The notes beneath the pieces were generated by a model that saw only the letters and a program-made list of their open reading frames with translations, was not told the origin of the DNA and ran no database searches. Position numbers and translations under genes: made by a program. Source: Macrostomum hystrix (Eukaryota; Animalia; Platyhelminthes). Taken from it: DNA of 64,000 bases. The stretch lies in NCBI GenBank assembly GCA_950097015.1, contig CATNEN010000038.1:22320001-22384000 (forward strand). The letters are read 5' to 3'. The first letter of the stretch is position 1; every line of letters begins with the position of its first letter. Of this stretch, positions 35,213 through 48,327 are shown in pieces.

Positions 35213-38200
35213 TCAGGGACTCTCAGACTCTAGTCGGCCGGCATCAGACTTCAAAATCGGCAGCAGCTGCTGCTGCTGCTGGTGCTGCTGCTGCTGCTGT
35301 ACAGGCTGATCAAAACTGTCAACTATTGAAATACAATTGTCAACAGCATCCAACGAAGGACCATCGGGCTGGTAGATCAACGAATTCAACGAAGAATTCC
35401 TAGTTGAATTAGTCGACGAAGACGAAGTTGAAACCGATTGCGAACGTTCAGCGTCGCCGTCGTCCAGTTCGGGCGAGTTGCACGGCACCCGCTCGTCGCC
35501 CTCGTTGTCGCTGTCGCTGTCGCTAGCCGCAGCTGATGGCAGGCTATCAGCTGACAGTCGATAATGATCAAGCCATTGCACGAGCAGCTGATGAACTAGC
35601 GGATGCGGCCTGCCATTGCCAAGGCGGACCCGACACATCAGCTGCTGGCCGCCGCCGCCGACGCCGCCGCAGCGGACGCAATCCAGCCAGTCGGTTAGAA
35701 GTGCATCGCGTCTATTAGTTTCTTCGGCGTTTAAAAAGTGAACAGGCAGACGGACACCGTAGCGATCGCACAGAGGCAACAGGCCGCAGCCGTTAGCAAA
35801 CAGATCCGGCCGTCTAGGGGGAGGCTGCAGCGGCATCAGGGCCGAGAAATGATTCTTTGTGTAGGCCAGGCATAGGGGATTTCTAGAGCAGAATGCGCGC
35901 TCCCACAGCAGCGGCAGGTAGACTCCCTGCACAGGTGATTTATATTAAAAGTGTATCATTTCTAATTAACCGTGTTTGGAACAGTAATAGCTTACTACGA
36001 GCAGTAGACAGAAAGGAAAAAAGTACACACTAGACGTTTTGCATTTTCTTGAAATCTTGGCACAACACAGCTAAACCTTTTGTAACAAAATAAAATTAAG
36101 GAAGCGATATGCATCTAAAACTATATTCAGAACACAACATTCTTGGGCACTTTTCAGACAGTTCCGTACATATTTAAATCCGATATGTATCGAAAAGCAA
36201 TTAAAAAAGGACAGTTTCTAAACTTTTAGAATAAAATTTATTTATTTAAATAATAAAAGTTTGCCTTAACTTAATTCATTTTCTAATTGGAATTGCATAT
36301 AAAATGGATTTTTAAATATATTTTACACTGCTTCAATGCTCAAACCAACACGATATGTATCGAAAAACGCAAAAGCTCACCTGAAAGTTAGAATAGGCAA
36401 TAGGCTCATCGCGATAGTTGCATATAATCCGCACGCCCAATATGATGATCGGCCGGCGGAGTACGTGGCAGAGCGCAAACACGTGCACCTGTTCAAGCGA
36501 CTCGCCAGGCATTCTGGCCCGACGGAGCAGAGCTTCCCAATCGCGCCGCCATTGAGCTTCGCTAAGCGAATAGCAAAGCAGCGAGGCGGCCAACTGTTGC
36601 TCTTCGTAGTCTCGCCAGCGACTATAAAATGCGTCCTCGCAGTCGTGCATGGACTCAGACAGAGCGCGTCGCAGGCTGTTATCTTCGTCTAGGATGCCCC
36701 AGCTGGCCTGCAGGACGCTGTCTAGCAGGCAGTCGCCAGCTGTGCGGTTCCACAGGGCCCACATGCGGAATACGCCGCTGTCGGCTGGCCACCAGTTGAC
36801 TGCGCCGACGGATTCGAGCTCTGTGTGCGTTAAATTACCGAAGCTTTAGTTTAGGCCGATATGTATCGAAAAACGAAAAAAATATGCAAAGTTAAATATT
36901 TTACCAATTCTAAAATATCAGACTAAAATATCAAAAGCATTGTATTTAATCCGACATGTATCGAAAAAAGAAATAATTCACTGATTGCACATGGCTACAG
37001 AATTCCTAAAATCCGATATGTACAGAAAAAACTCTGTACTAGTGATTCGATAATATTATAAATGAGATATATATCTAAGAAAGAATAAAATCGTACGTAT
37101 CTAAAAAACTCTATCAACTGATACCTAATTGAAAAAAACGGCGTACAGGGATTTGAGCTCTATGTAGCAGTTATAAGTTAAGGCGATATGTTTCGAATAC
37201 AAAATATAAACATACAATTCAATTAAAAAAATATGACAAACGAAGTTTTTAATCCGATATGTATCGAAAAAAGATTTTTTCGATTTTCCTTATAAAAAAA
37301 ACTGACCTTTCTGAACAGCGGAGTCGACAACGTCGCTCATTAGCTGATCCTGCACATGCTGCGGCAATTCGTGATAGCCTAAGCCAGCCGGCAAGTAGAA
37401 CAGGCTGTGTTCGTTAACATAGAAGCATGGCAGGTTGCCTTTTCGTTGGCGCAAATTGCAAACAACTTGACGACGAATATCAAGGGCAGTGTCTGGCGAG
37501 ACCTGGCATGGTAGGCGCTTAGTGTTCGACCTGGAAAAGTTGATTGTTTTTCGATTCAATAGGAAGGCGACTCAGGAATTTGAATAAAAACCTGATATTA
37601 GTATGTGGATTAGCAATGGGGATTAGGGATGGACTCTGACAATTGGGATAAGGGATGCAGTCAGGGATTAACCATAGATATCAGGGATGAGAATAAAAAA
37701 ACTGGGATCTTAGTTAATTAATATCCTAATTAATGTCAGGATTAACAAAATGGGATATTAGGGATCAGTATTGACTGACAGTAAATGAGGCATCAAACCT
37801 GAGGTGCACGGCCTGCACCAGCAGTGACATGAGTTGCTCCTGAGAAGCGCTGTACCTCACTAGCAGCGAGGATAGACTCATGCCAGGCGCAAATAACGAG
37901 CAGCCGCCCCTGTAGCGATTCAGCTGAGCTGCCTCAGGCTTAGTCAGCCGTCTGGCAATGGAGGCGCCAGGCGCATTGATGTAGGCTTCAACAGGTCCGG
38001 AATCGCCATCGACAGCGGCTAGGCAGGCGCAGAGCCACAGGAAGTCCGGGTCACGCATTGGCGACTGCCTGCCGCCGCAGCCGATGACATTCGGATTAGC
38101 GATGCCGCCGCCGCCGATGGCGCCTTCAGCTGGCGGACTCTCCGAGCGCCTTTTCTCGCACATTGCGCACTTCAATGTGTTTGGCCAATTCTCGTAGGTG

Positions 38201-38931
38201 CAAATTTTGCATGCCCATTTGCCTAGAGGATTCTTGCTTGAAGTACTACTTGAATTAGTAGTAGTGTTAGCAGATAAGGCAGATTCAATCGGCACAGCCT
38301 GCTGATTCGGGTCGGCTGTAAGAGCGGACGCCGCCGAGCCTGTCGGGCTAGACGGCGGAGGCGGTGGCGACGATGGCGGAGGCGGGTTGGTGTTCTCAGT
38401 GTAGCACTGAACGCAACGATGCGAGCGGGGCCAATTTAGAAAGGTGCAAGTCGGACAGGACCATTTCAGTTCGGACGGCGAACCGGGCGGCCGCTGCGAC
38501 AATGTTGTCGCTGACGACGCCGACGATCTTGGCGATGGTGCCGACTGCGAAGAAGAATCTACTCGGTGTTGCTGACGACGACTGCGGCGTACTTGACGCT
38601 GCTTGGCAACGGCGTTGCCACCAACTCCGGCTAGCTTGTAGATGTCGGCCTCTTCTTCGTCATCGTCGGTCTGGTTGCCATAGCAACCATTGTCATTTTC
38701 ATCGTCGTCATCGTCTTGTTCGGCTTCTCCTTCACCGGCGTCCTCTTGAAGACCGGACGCGGCTCTGGGCGCCCGATCCACTGCTGGCGGCTTGTCAGAG
38801 ACAACGATAATGCCAGAAGAAACGCCTGACAATGCTGAAGACTTTTTAGTCCGGCAGCAGACGCAATGGCGCGAGGCTGGCCAGTTGGCGTAGGTGCACG
38901 CTGGGCAGGACCATTTTTCGCTCTCTGTCAT
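35213..38931 (-). CDS. ZRANB1: TRABID OTU deubiquitinase; exons 38931-37799, 37530-37307, 36820-36381, 35926-35213
   Basis: three NZF fingers (KW.C..CT..NW.....C..C), ALWNRTAGDCLLDS, LEQVHVFALCHVLRRPII, GVYLPLLWE, YTKNHFSAL. Confidence 0.93.
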
Positions 38932-39004
38932 GTCTGCAAAGGTTTAGAACATTGTGAACGTTGCTGCGTAGTAGTTCTAATAGTTGCCGTCATGACGTTC
39001 TGCC

Positions 39005-39870
39005 ATCCTTAAAATACTCTTCCCCATTCTTAAAAGCTCTCCCATTCTAGGTATAATCTTCCCAGTTCTCCCATTCTTAGTATCCTCTTTCCAGTTCTCC
39101 TATTCTAAGTATCCTCTGCCCAGTTCTCCCATTCTTAGTATCCTCTGCCCAGTTCTCCCATTCTTAGTATCCTCTTCCCAGTTCTCCCATTCTTAGTATC
39201 CTCTTTCCAGTTCTCCCATTCTTAGTATCCTATTCCCAGTTCTCCCATTCTAAGTATCCTCTTTCCAGTTCTCCTATTCTAAGTATACTCTGCCCAGTTC
39301 TCCCATTCTAAGTATCCTCTTCCCAGTTCTCCCATTCTAAGTATCCTCTGCCCAGTTCTCCCATTCTTAGTATCCTATTCCCAGTTCTCCCATTCTAAGT
39401 ATCCTCTGCCCAGTTCTCCCATTCTAAGTATCCTCTTCCCAGTTCTCCCATTCTAAGTATCCTCTGCCCAGTTCTCCCATTCTTAGTATCCTATTCCCAG
39501 TTCTCCCATTCTAAGTATCCTCTTCCCAGTTCTCCCATTCTTAGTATCCTATTCCCAGTTCTCCCATTCTAAGTATCCTCTGCCCAGTTCTCCCATTCTA
39601 AGTATCCTCTTCCCAGTTCTCCTATTCTAGGCATCCTCTGCCCAGTTCTCCCATTCTCAGTATCCTCTTCCCAGTTCTCCCATTCTTAGTATCCTATTCC
39701 CAGTTCTCCCATTCTAAGTATCCTCTGCCCAGTTCTCCCATTCTAAGTATCCTCTTCCCAGTTCTCCCATTCTTAGTATCCTCTTTCCAGTTCTCCCATT
39801 CTTAGTATCCTCTTCCCAGTTCTCCCATTCTCAGTATCCTATTCCCAGTTCTCCCATTCTTAGTATCCTC
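39005..39870. repeat. 29-bp pyrimidine-rich minisatellite just upstream of the TRABID start
   Basis: unit CCCAGTTCTCCCATTCTTAGTATCCTCTT, about 29 copies. Confidence 0.95.
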
Positions 39871-41366
39871 TATTCCTGGTTCATTATAAATAAACTATTT
39901 TGCATAGCAACAGAAGTTAACCAGACCCAAAAGTGGCCGAATTAGATGAAGCGCACTACACAATATGCTTTGTCTGTTGCTTCAGGAAAGATTTTATTCG
40001 TTTAAATAAGCAGTTGCTGTTTTCTTAAATATGGGGGCTAGTTATTTGTTTGACCGTACGGGAATAGCTGACAAACACGCAGATAAAGCGAAAGTAGGAT
40101 CCCACAATGCACTTATTTGACTGGACGAAAACAAAAAGAAACAACGACTTAAACACACCTTAAAAGATACTCGAGGCTGAGAACTGTAGGATAAATAAAG
40201 TGGATAATTGTAGGTGGGATTACCAGGACTGCCGCAAACAATGGGAAGGAAGAGGGGAACTTTCCGTTTGTGACGAGGCGAAAAAAGAGCACGATAAATA
40301 AATACATATAACGGCATATAGGTGTAGCTAATGGGGATTAGAATAAGTAGTGATTTAGAAAGTGCAAAATATAATTTTAAGGGAGTGGGGCAGATTTTAG
40401 GTTACAAGAGAAAATAGCAACACAGTGAGCGGCTTAGGGAGGCAGGTGAGAACAGATAAACAAAGAAACAAACAAACAAAATAAACAATGCAACGTTGCA
40501 GCACGATAAAATGGGAATCGAAGAATTGCATTTGCGTTAGAATTTTAAATAAACTGCCGATAAGATTCTCTTATAGAAATTATTTTATCGCGGGAAATAT
40601 TTTTTCCACAAGTGTCCTGGAAAACTACTTGTCAGTAGTTAAAAAGTAAATCTTCGTATATCTACTCAAGCTTTTATGAGTTTGCCCGCGTTATTTTACA
40701 GTCTTGCCCATTTAAATTTTCCATTTAAACTGTTTATTAGTTTATTTAGTTTTTCAAACCTAAAGTCAATCGCATCAGCAGAAGAAAAATGATTATAACA
40801 AATAGGAATGAGGCGAGCGCTATTTGCTGGACTAATTTTTGAGGGGAAAAGACAAAAAAGCAAGTTTTTTCAAGAGATTTTTATCAAACAATCCCTTAGT
40901 CACCAGTTAAAAAGGTCGCATACTCAGTCTAACCATAGAAGTGTACGACAGAATGGCTAGACTAAAACAATGGACAAAAAAGTTAATTTTGATCCCCAAC
41001 TAATGAACGGGCCGAAATCCAAATAAGCGCTTAACGAGTGCATTTTATTTACTTTTTAAAAGGATTCAGGGAGGCGATACAAGGGGATCAGAAGCACTTT
41101 AAGAAAGTTAATTTGTGGATAATTGTTAAGAATTGTGGGGTTCATATTATGGGAATGGTAGGCAACAAAGGAGGACATTTTTTTCATTTTTTAGTTTTTT
41201 GTAATCGGCTAGCGAGCTAAGAGAGGGAGAACACAAGTGCACATTTGTTTAGGAAATCGATGAAATCGGATTTCGATAAAAATCCAGAATCTTTTTGTTG
41301 CAGTACCAAATTTTAGGCGTCGCCACAAAAACACATTTCGGGGGCGCTAGTCGATTAGAGCGCGTC

Positions 41367-42473
41367 TCACATGAAATCTAGTAGACTTGGCGGGCCCGTT
41401 GGCATCAACGAGGGCACCTTGGAAGTGTCGGCGCTGTTTGAGGCGCCGGTGCCACCGCCAGCGTTCTTGCCGCGCTGCTGCTGATAATTGGTCCGGCCAT
41501 CTTGCTGGCTATAGTTTAGCAATCCGCTGACATAGGTGAAGCCGCCGCTGCCCCATAGCAACGGAGTGGGCTGTTGCTGGGCGCCATAATGCTGCTGCTG
41601 ATACTGGCCATAGCCGCCATAATAATCATAATCGTAGTAGTCGCACTCTCCGCCGTATCCTTCCTGATCGTATTGTTCAACTGGCCAGCTGTGATACTGG
41701 CTGTCATCCTCAGCCACATTCAGAAAGTCCAACAGCGACGGAATGCCGGACTGGCCCGTGGCGCGACCGGCGCCAACGCCGCCTCCGCAGTCCAACTCCA
41801 ATAGAGACGGAATTTCCGCAGTCGACTTGGCCTCAGCAGCTTGATGAGGCTCGGAGTCGGCTGTGCTGCGAGTGAGTCCTGCAGCTCCGCACTGTTTCTT
41901 AGCCACCGGCCTGTAAGCTGACGCTGCGTCTCCAGTCTCGCCTAGCAATGGCCGAATTCCGCCCGGGTGATGATGCATTCGCGGCATGCCCATACCCATT
42001 GTCATGGCAACCGGTGGACGCTTTCGAGCTCCGCTAGGCGTCACAATTAGATCCATCAGAGATGGTACAGCCCGCTGGTTAACCGGGCGCTTACGCTTTG
42101 TAGACTGCCCGGCCTGATCAGCATTGGCCGCATCAACATCGTCGGCCTCCTCAATCAGGTCTTCGTCGTTATCCAACGTCAGCACCTGACTAGAGTCGGT
42201 GTTCATCTCTAGAAGACTCTGGACGCCAGCAGTCTGGCCATTGTTGCGCAGTCTGGGCGGCTGCATCAGCGGCATCGGCCTTGGCATCGGCGGCTCCTCC
42301 TCGTCTAGAGCGTGCAGGGCGGCGGCTGTGGCAGCGGCGGCGGCGGCAGCGTCGTCGGCTGCGTCAGCGTCAGCTAGGGCGGCGGCGGCTGCTGCGGCGG
42401 CCACCACAGCGGATGTGTCCATGGGAGAGATAGACAGAGATAGGGAAGAGTCGCTACCGGCTTCGTCACTCAT
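41367..42473 (-). CDS. intronless low-complexity protein with repeated PSL[LM][DE]-hydrophobic motifs
   Basis: about 368-aa GC-rich ORF from ATG 42473 in AT-rich flanks; basic KRKRP/RKRPP clusters; no folded domain recognised. Confidence 0.7.
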   Translation of the reverse strand: MSDEAGSDSSLSLSISPMDTSAVVAAAAAAAALADADAADDAAAAAAATAAALHALDEEEPPMPRPMPLMQPPRLRNNGQTAGVQSLLEMNTDSSQVLTLDNDEDLIEEADDVDAANADQAGQSTKRKRPVNQRAVPSLMDLIVTPSGARKRPPVAMTMGMGMPRMHHHPGGIRPLLGETGDAASAYRPVAKKQCGAAGLTRSTADSEPHQAAEAKSTAEIPSLLELDCGGGVGAGRATGQSGIPSLLDFLNVAEDDSQYHSWPVEQYDQEGYGGECDYYDYDYYGGYGQYQQQHYGAQQQPTPLLWGSGGFTYVSGLLNYSQQDGRTNYQQQRGKNAGGGTGASNSADTSKVPSLMPTGPPSLLDFM

Positions 42474-45400
42474 TTTCAATATTGATTGCTGAAATTGACT
42501 AGTTTATATTCGTAATTGATATTTTTGTACAGATTTACATAACTATCTAGAGTATTAGTAGATCTTTATGAGGCCAAGCAATTTCTATATGAAGGAAAGG
42601 CAAAGTAAATTTTGTGATATATCTATTTTATGATTGGTTTACACCAAGGTTATAAAAACTTATACTATATGGCCTACTTCCATATACATACATGAGCTTA
42701 CATGTACTTTATTAAATGTCAAATGGGAGTTAAGATGTTTGGACTAATGATGTGAAGCCCAATTTAAACAAAATAATCTAACACTGACTTGCAAAACATT
42801 TTCATATAAAAAGACAGGAAAACAGACAATAAAGGTTTTAAATTTGAAATTGCTTTTTGCTAGAATATTAAATTGCAACTGCCCCAGACATAAATTTCAC
42901 ACTGAAAAAAATGCATTTTCCCTTCCTTGTGGTTGCTATAGCAAAGAAAGATTCTATACTCGCCTATGGGATTGGGTTTAATATGTCAAATATTAAACAT
43001 CTAATGTGTTTAATATGTCTAATACCTGTTTGGTTAAAGAAATAGTGGTGGCAAATTTGATGTTTGAATTTGGTATTTAGAAATTTTCCAATTTTCATGG
43101 TATTTATATTGTTTACAGATACGTTTTTGTGCCTTTCCAAATGCCAAAAATGGTAAAAACTTCAAATATTCAATTATTATGTTACCAAATTGTAATTTAT
43201 ATTAAATAATTTTGGAATATTAAGTCCTGAATTGTAAATGGAAGTCCTGCTAAAATTAATATAGACATAGTCTTTAAGGTATGTTTTTATCAATGTGCTG
43301 ATACAATGTGGCAATGTGCCAATGTAGACTACAATGTGCAAATAAGCAAAGCATGACAGCTACTAATACCAGAGCAATGTGCAATTGTCAAGTGTGTTTT
43401 TATAGCAGTAATTTTGTGCTTAGCAGTTCATGCAAACAACATGCTAGCTGTGTCTATCTAAGCCTCTATATATTTGCTAGTCTAGTCTAGATTCTAAATT
43501 TTCAACTTTAAAAAGGTAAGGTTGGCTCATTTTTTGAAATTCATATTCAGTATTCAGAAAAAATGTTAGTCCAAATATTTTTAGGCCTATTTAGATTCAG
43601 AAAAATCTTTGATTCATTCAATTTCTATTAAAAAATATAATGTCAATAAGCTCAATTTTAAAACTGTCAAAAAGCTTAATAAGTTCAAATAAAAAAGTTA
43701 TTGAAATCTTTGCTCAAACAGTGGGCATTTGCAAACTCATCTGTAAGGCACAATGAAGTTCCAATGAAGTCACAATGAATTGCCTATTCCAGCAATCTAC
43801 CATGTGGGCACTATTGAAATTTATGACAAGATAGTTAATAAAAATATAATAATTGATGCAATATTTAAAACCATTATTTAAAATGAGCACAGCAACATTG
43901 CCTTAATAGAACTCCTGGGCCCTCCATACATAGGGACTCTAGTGAGTGAAAAAAATGGGAAGAATGAAAAAATATAAAAAATGCTATGTTCTAATAAAAA
44001 AAGAACATACATTTTGTTTTTAGAAAATAAAGCCTACTTATTTTGCAGTTTTTGGTTGAAATTTTCTTTGTCTTTTTTTAATCATTGTTTATAGTGTTTT
44101 CCAAGTGTAGGCCTATCCTAATAAAATTTTACATAGAATTTTAAGTAGAATATTATATACTCAAACCATATATTTTCCTTTAGTGGAATCTCCCGGAAAC
44201 ATGTTTCTCTAATGTCAATTAGAGAATGGCTTTTGCAATTGACTGCAAATAGTAAATTGATGTCTATGCGAATGCGACATCTATTTGTTAAGCTATGGAA
44301 TAGGTATGGCTTTGCCACTTCTTTAAAGCAAAAAGTTTTATATTGTTAACAAATTAACACTCTTGTCAACATAGTAATCCTATTCAATGTAAAATCAAAA
44401 TTTAATACTATATTATACAAAGTGTTATTAGAATATATATATATTCCATAGTGTAGATAACAAAATTATACTATATGCCTTTGGAATTTTTTTAATTCAT
44501 TCAAAAATAAAAATGTTTTTGCAATTTTTTGTTTTCCAAGTCAAATCTATCCAGTCATCTGGATCACAGCCCCTTATGGGAAAAATACATTACAAAAGCA
44601 ACTAAAATGTTGATCAAAAAATTGTTATAACTTTTTTATTACTTGACCAATTTCGATGAGTGAGGTGTCTTTTAACTCAGACAAACAAGATCTGTAACAT
44701 AAGACAACCAAAAATATGGAATTTTTTATTTTTTATTTCCTACTGGAGCCCCTACTATATAGTTTGCTGCCTTTTAAGATTCATTTCCATTTTCCAAAAG
44801 CAATAACAGCACAAATAAATATAAAGGCCTAGGCCTATAAAAAGCCATTTGAGTTCCTAAATCATTTCATGGGAATCGTGGCTTGCTTTAAGATACAGCT
44901 ACAATGCATTTACGTTCCTGAGTTATAGACACAGCAATACACGAATCATGGCAAACATGTCTATATACATAATGTTGTAGCTGATGGACACGGCAGCCAT
45001 GCGCTTAAGTGAAGTGGAAAGTTTAAAAAAATTGATAATATATTGATTTCTACTTTTAATTTGCTTCTATTACTTTTAACACGCACAAATAAGATTGAAA
45101 TGAAAAAATGGGATAGATTTCAGAGAAAAATATACGGCGATTGCTCGAAAATACCGAAAAAAATAATTTTAAAATTAACGCATTCATTAAAACAAAGAGG
45201 TGATTCCCCTTCTAAAGTTTTACTTTTCCTAACCAGTTTTTGTATTTAATATATAAAAATTTGAATAAAAAATAATCATTTAATTTTAAGAGATCAAGAA
45301 AAATTCTTGACTTTTTATCGAAACGCTACTGAGTATAGTGTTTATTCTAATTGGCATGACGAAACACTAAAATGAGAGCAGAAAATTAACATAGATTACA

Positions 45401-45574
45401 GAATTGTTTTGCCACCAAAATGTATAATCACGTCCATATTTCAACAAATCAGGAAATGCATTTTTGCGCAATCCTTGTACACGGGCAGGTTTAGATTTTC
45501 TAGAAAATTTTTATTTATGTGCGCTGTAACTCTGTAAAGATAAAAAGTCAGCGTCACAGAGCTCGCATTGAGCC

Positions 45575-46178
45575 AGACCACCAAGTTCTGAACACGCGGG
45601 AGTTCCGTTGCCTGCCCATTTGCACCTCGGAAGACAATTGCCGCCCCGGTGTCGCCCGGTACGCAGAGTAAGGACCACAATTGGATTAGACTGCATGGTC
45701 CTAGTGGTCCTAGTGGTCCTTTTTAAGTGGTCCATGGCGGAGAGCACTGCGTTGTGACCACCATGCCGACGCTCTGATTGAAGCAGCGCCAATCAGCTTG
45801 TCCAGCTGGCGTTGGGCCCCCTCGACAGTCGTGGACTGTAGGGCGAGATCGTCGGCGTAACCAGCACGCTTTGCCACCTCTCCGGTTGGCGTCAGCCCAT
45901 GCGTCGCCGCAGCAGGAATCCGTGGTAAGTAGGGCAGTGCGGCGCCAGCGCGTGTCCCATTGAAGCACTCCGGCGGAGCCCTAGACCCAGATCATGGACA
46001 GATTATCTATGGAGCCTAGCATTGTCCCATGCAACGTAGCACCTTGGGTTGAGAAAAATGTGTCAAAGGGATACGATAGGCAATCCGGTGTACTCACAGC
46101 AGCTTTTGTCTCGTGGTACATCGCCATCACGACGGAAACCAGCTGCTCGATCAGGCCAGCTTTGCCTCTCGCACTGCA
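45575..46178 (-). mobile_element. degenerate non-LTR retrotransposon RT fragment (RTE-like)
   Basis: frameshifted YHETKAAVSTPD..QGATL and GYADDLALQSTTVEGAQRQLDKL (YADD). Confidence 0.75.
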
Positions 46179-46430
46179 AGGTCCCTAAGTTAGATTCCGC
46201 GGCGAAGCCACATTCATTTGGGGCGCAGCCGTGAAGAGAAGGCTTGTGGGATTACCGTGCAATTCAATTTACTCCCAAAATGAGCTTTTGCCTGTGTACA
46301 GTATCTGTGTGCGTGTGTGCTCAGGAGTCAGCGAAATTAGCAGAATTGCCTCCTCGCTGGCTGCGGGTCTAATGTCACCAAATGATGTGCCATTGCGCGC
46401 ATCCCTCCTGCAAATAATATTAATAATAAT
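46179..46430 (+). mobile_element. SINE family B, internally deleted
   Basis: GATTCCGCGGCGAAGCCAC...GCCTCCTCGCTGGCTGCG...CCTCCTGC plus (AAT)n tail. Confidence 0.75.
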
Positions 46431-47044
46431 AAGGAAGGATAAAACTGCAGTAATTCTGGCAAATATTTCCAAACACAGACCAAATATCAATAAAATTAAA
46501 GCTGGTTTCCAGTTAAGTTTAGTCGACAGTCAATGGCATCAATGGGGGTCCAATTTGTTCCGTGATGCTTTGAATTTATGAATTTATGCAGCTATATTTT
46601 GATTAATAATTATAAAGAATATAATTTTGAATTGTGAAAACAAAACTCCAAATGCAAACGAGCTGCTGGCAATCATTTTTTCGGGCAATTGCTCAAAAAA
46701 TATAGCGTCTGCAGAAGCAGAGCCAATGATAAAATAGATTCGCCGAATATTGTACAGGTACATTGTACAGGTACAGGCACGTAATTATGTTTGGGCTGCT
46801 TCGGGTAAGAAAAACGAATTAAATATTGATTGGCGTAGACTTGTACTGTGCAGCGGTGGGCATGTAAATGACTTAAGTAAAGGAAAAGACGAAAAAAAGG
46901 TAAACGAATTTAAGAAATACCTAACAAACATGAACTGTGATTGCCCACACATGGCACAATGTAATAAAAATAAAGATGATTATAAAATTAAGAGGTAACT
47001 CGTAGTGCTATTATATTTGTAGTTCGGAGTAGTTCGAAGCGTAT

Positions 47045-47268
47045 ATGACGTGAAGGTCGGGGGTTCGATTCCTGACTCCACTGGATCAATGTGTGTCCTT
47101 TAGCAAGACATTTAACTCTGCATTGCTTTGGTTCGCACAGCTGTTAAATGGGTACCAGCATTAGCTTAGAAATTGAGGGCGGGTGTGGTGTCCCCCAGTC
47201 CATGGACTGAACAGCTCTACGCTGCCTTCAGATGCATCGCGCAATAGCTGCGGCTGTGCTGTCTGCCT
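47045..47268 (+). mobile_element. SINE family A, partial
   Basis: B-box GGTTCGATTCC, CORE-like segment, GTCCATGGAC. Confidence 0.8.
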
Positions 47269-48327
47269 TAATGAGTTCATGTGTAATGAATTTAAAAGGT
47301 TGCATACTCTTAGCAGGGACTAAAAAATAAACAAAATAAATGTATTGCACTTTCTTATTAACTTGCACACATGTTTACAAAACAACAAGCTAGGAAAATG
47401 AAGTTTTCAATGATTTTTCGAAATTTGGAATCGTAATTTTAAGGAATATAGTTTCTTTGATTTCATATTTGTTAATTTATAAACAATTTAAAGGATGACA
47501 TTATCACATTGGAAATTAAATTTAAGTATAATACAGTCATCAAGATTACCAGTACGGTACACAATATCAGTATTTTACCGCATTTTTTAAGTAAAGTATG
47601 TACATGCGATTGTTCTGCATCGTACGAGTGTAGGTTGAGTTCGCTCTAGTACAAGTGTACTTTAGGCAAAATTAACAGTAGCAAGACCACGCCTTTCCTC
47701 AGGGGAAACGGGGTATAACGGGGTATTCTAAATACAATCCGCCTACTTCCCGATAGCTCACCAAACCGAATGACCGATTCTCGTGAAAGTACACCATCTG
47801 GAACAGCATTACCGCCCTTTACGATGAACCAACTTTCAAAGCCATATGAGCCAGCATCGTCGAGATATTCAGCGAATCTTGTCAAAGACTCTAACGGACA
47901 TCTAACATTGCTTGGTATAAACCTCTATGGCAAATCCAGATAGCTTAATAAATAAATATTATAAATAAACAATAACAGCCGACATGGTCCCGGAAGGAAA
48001 TTTTGTGAGCAGAAAAATGCTTAGATTGGTGCTTTTTTGGCAACAGACACTTCGACAAGAGTCGTTGAATATCTCGGCGATGCCGATATTTTGTGATTCT
48101 GGAAGTTGTTTTATCGGATAGAGGCGGAACAATTGTGTTGTAGATTTTCATGGCGATTGGTTGAATATTTTTGGAAGATACAGATAAATGAAAGTTGTCT
48201 GTATTTGAAATACCAACCCTGTGGTCTTTCACCTTTAACAATTAGCTTCTTCAGCCTTCTATGGGTATTCTGAGTCGAATCAAATGTTCTGCTGTTCAAG
48301 ATAGCAAATTATATTTTTTACAAGAAA

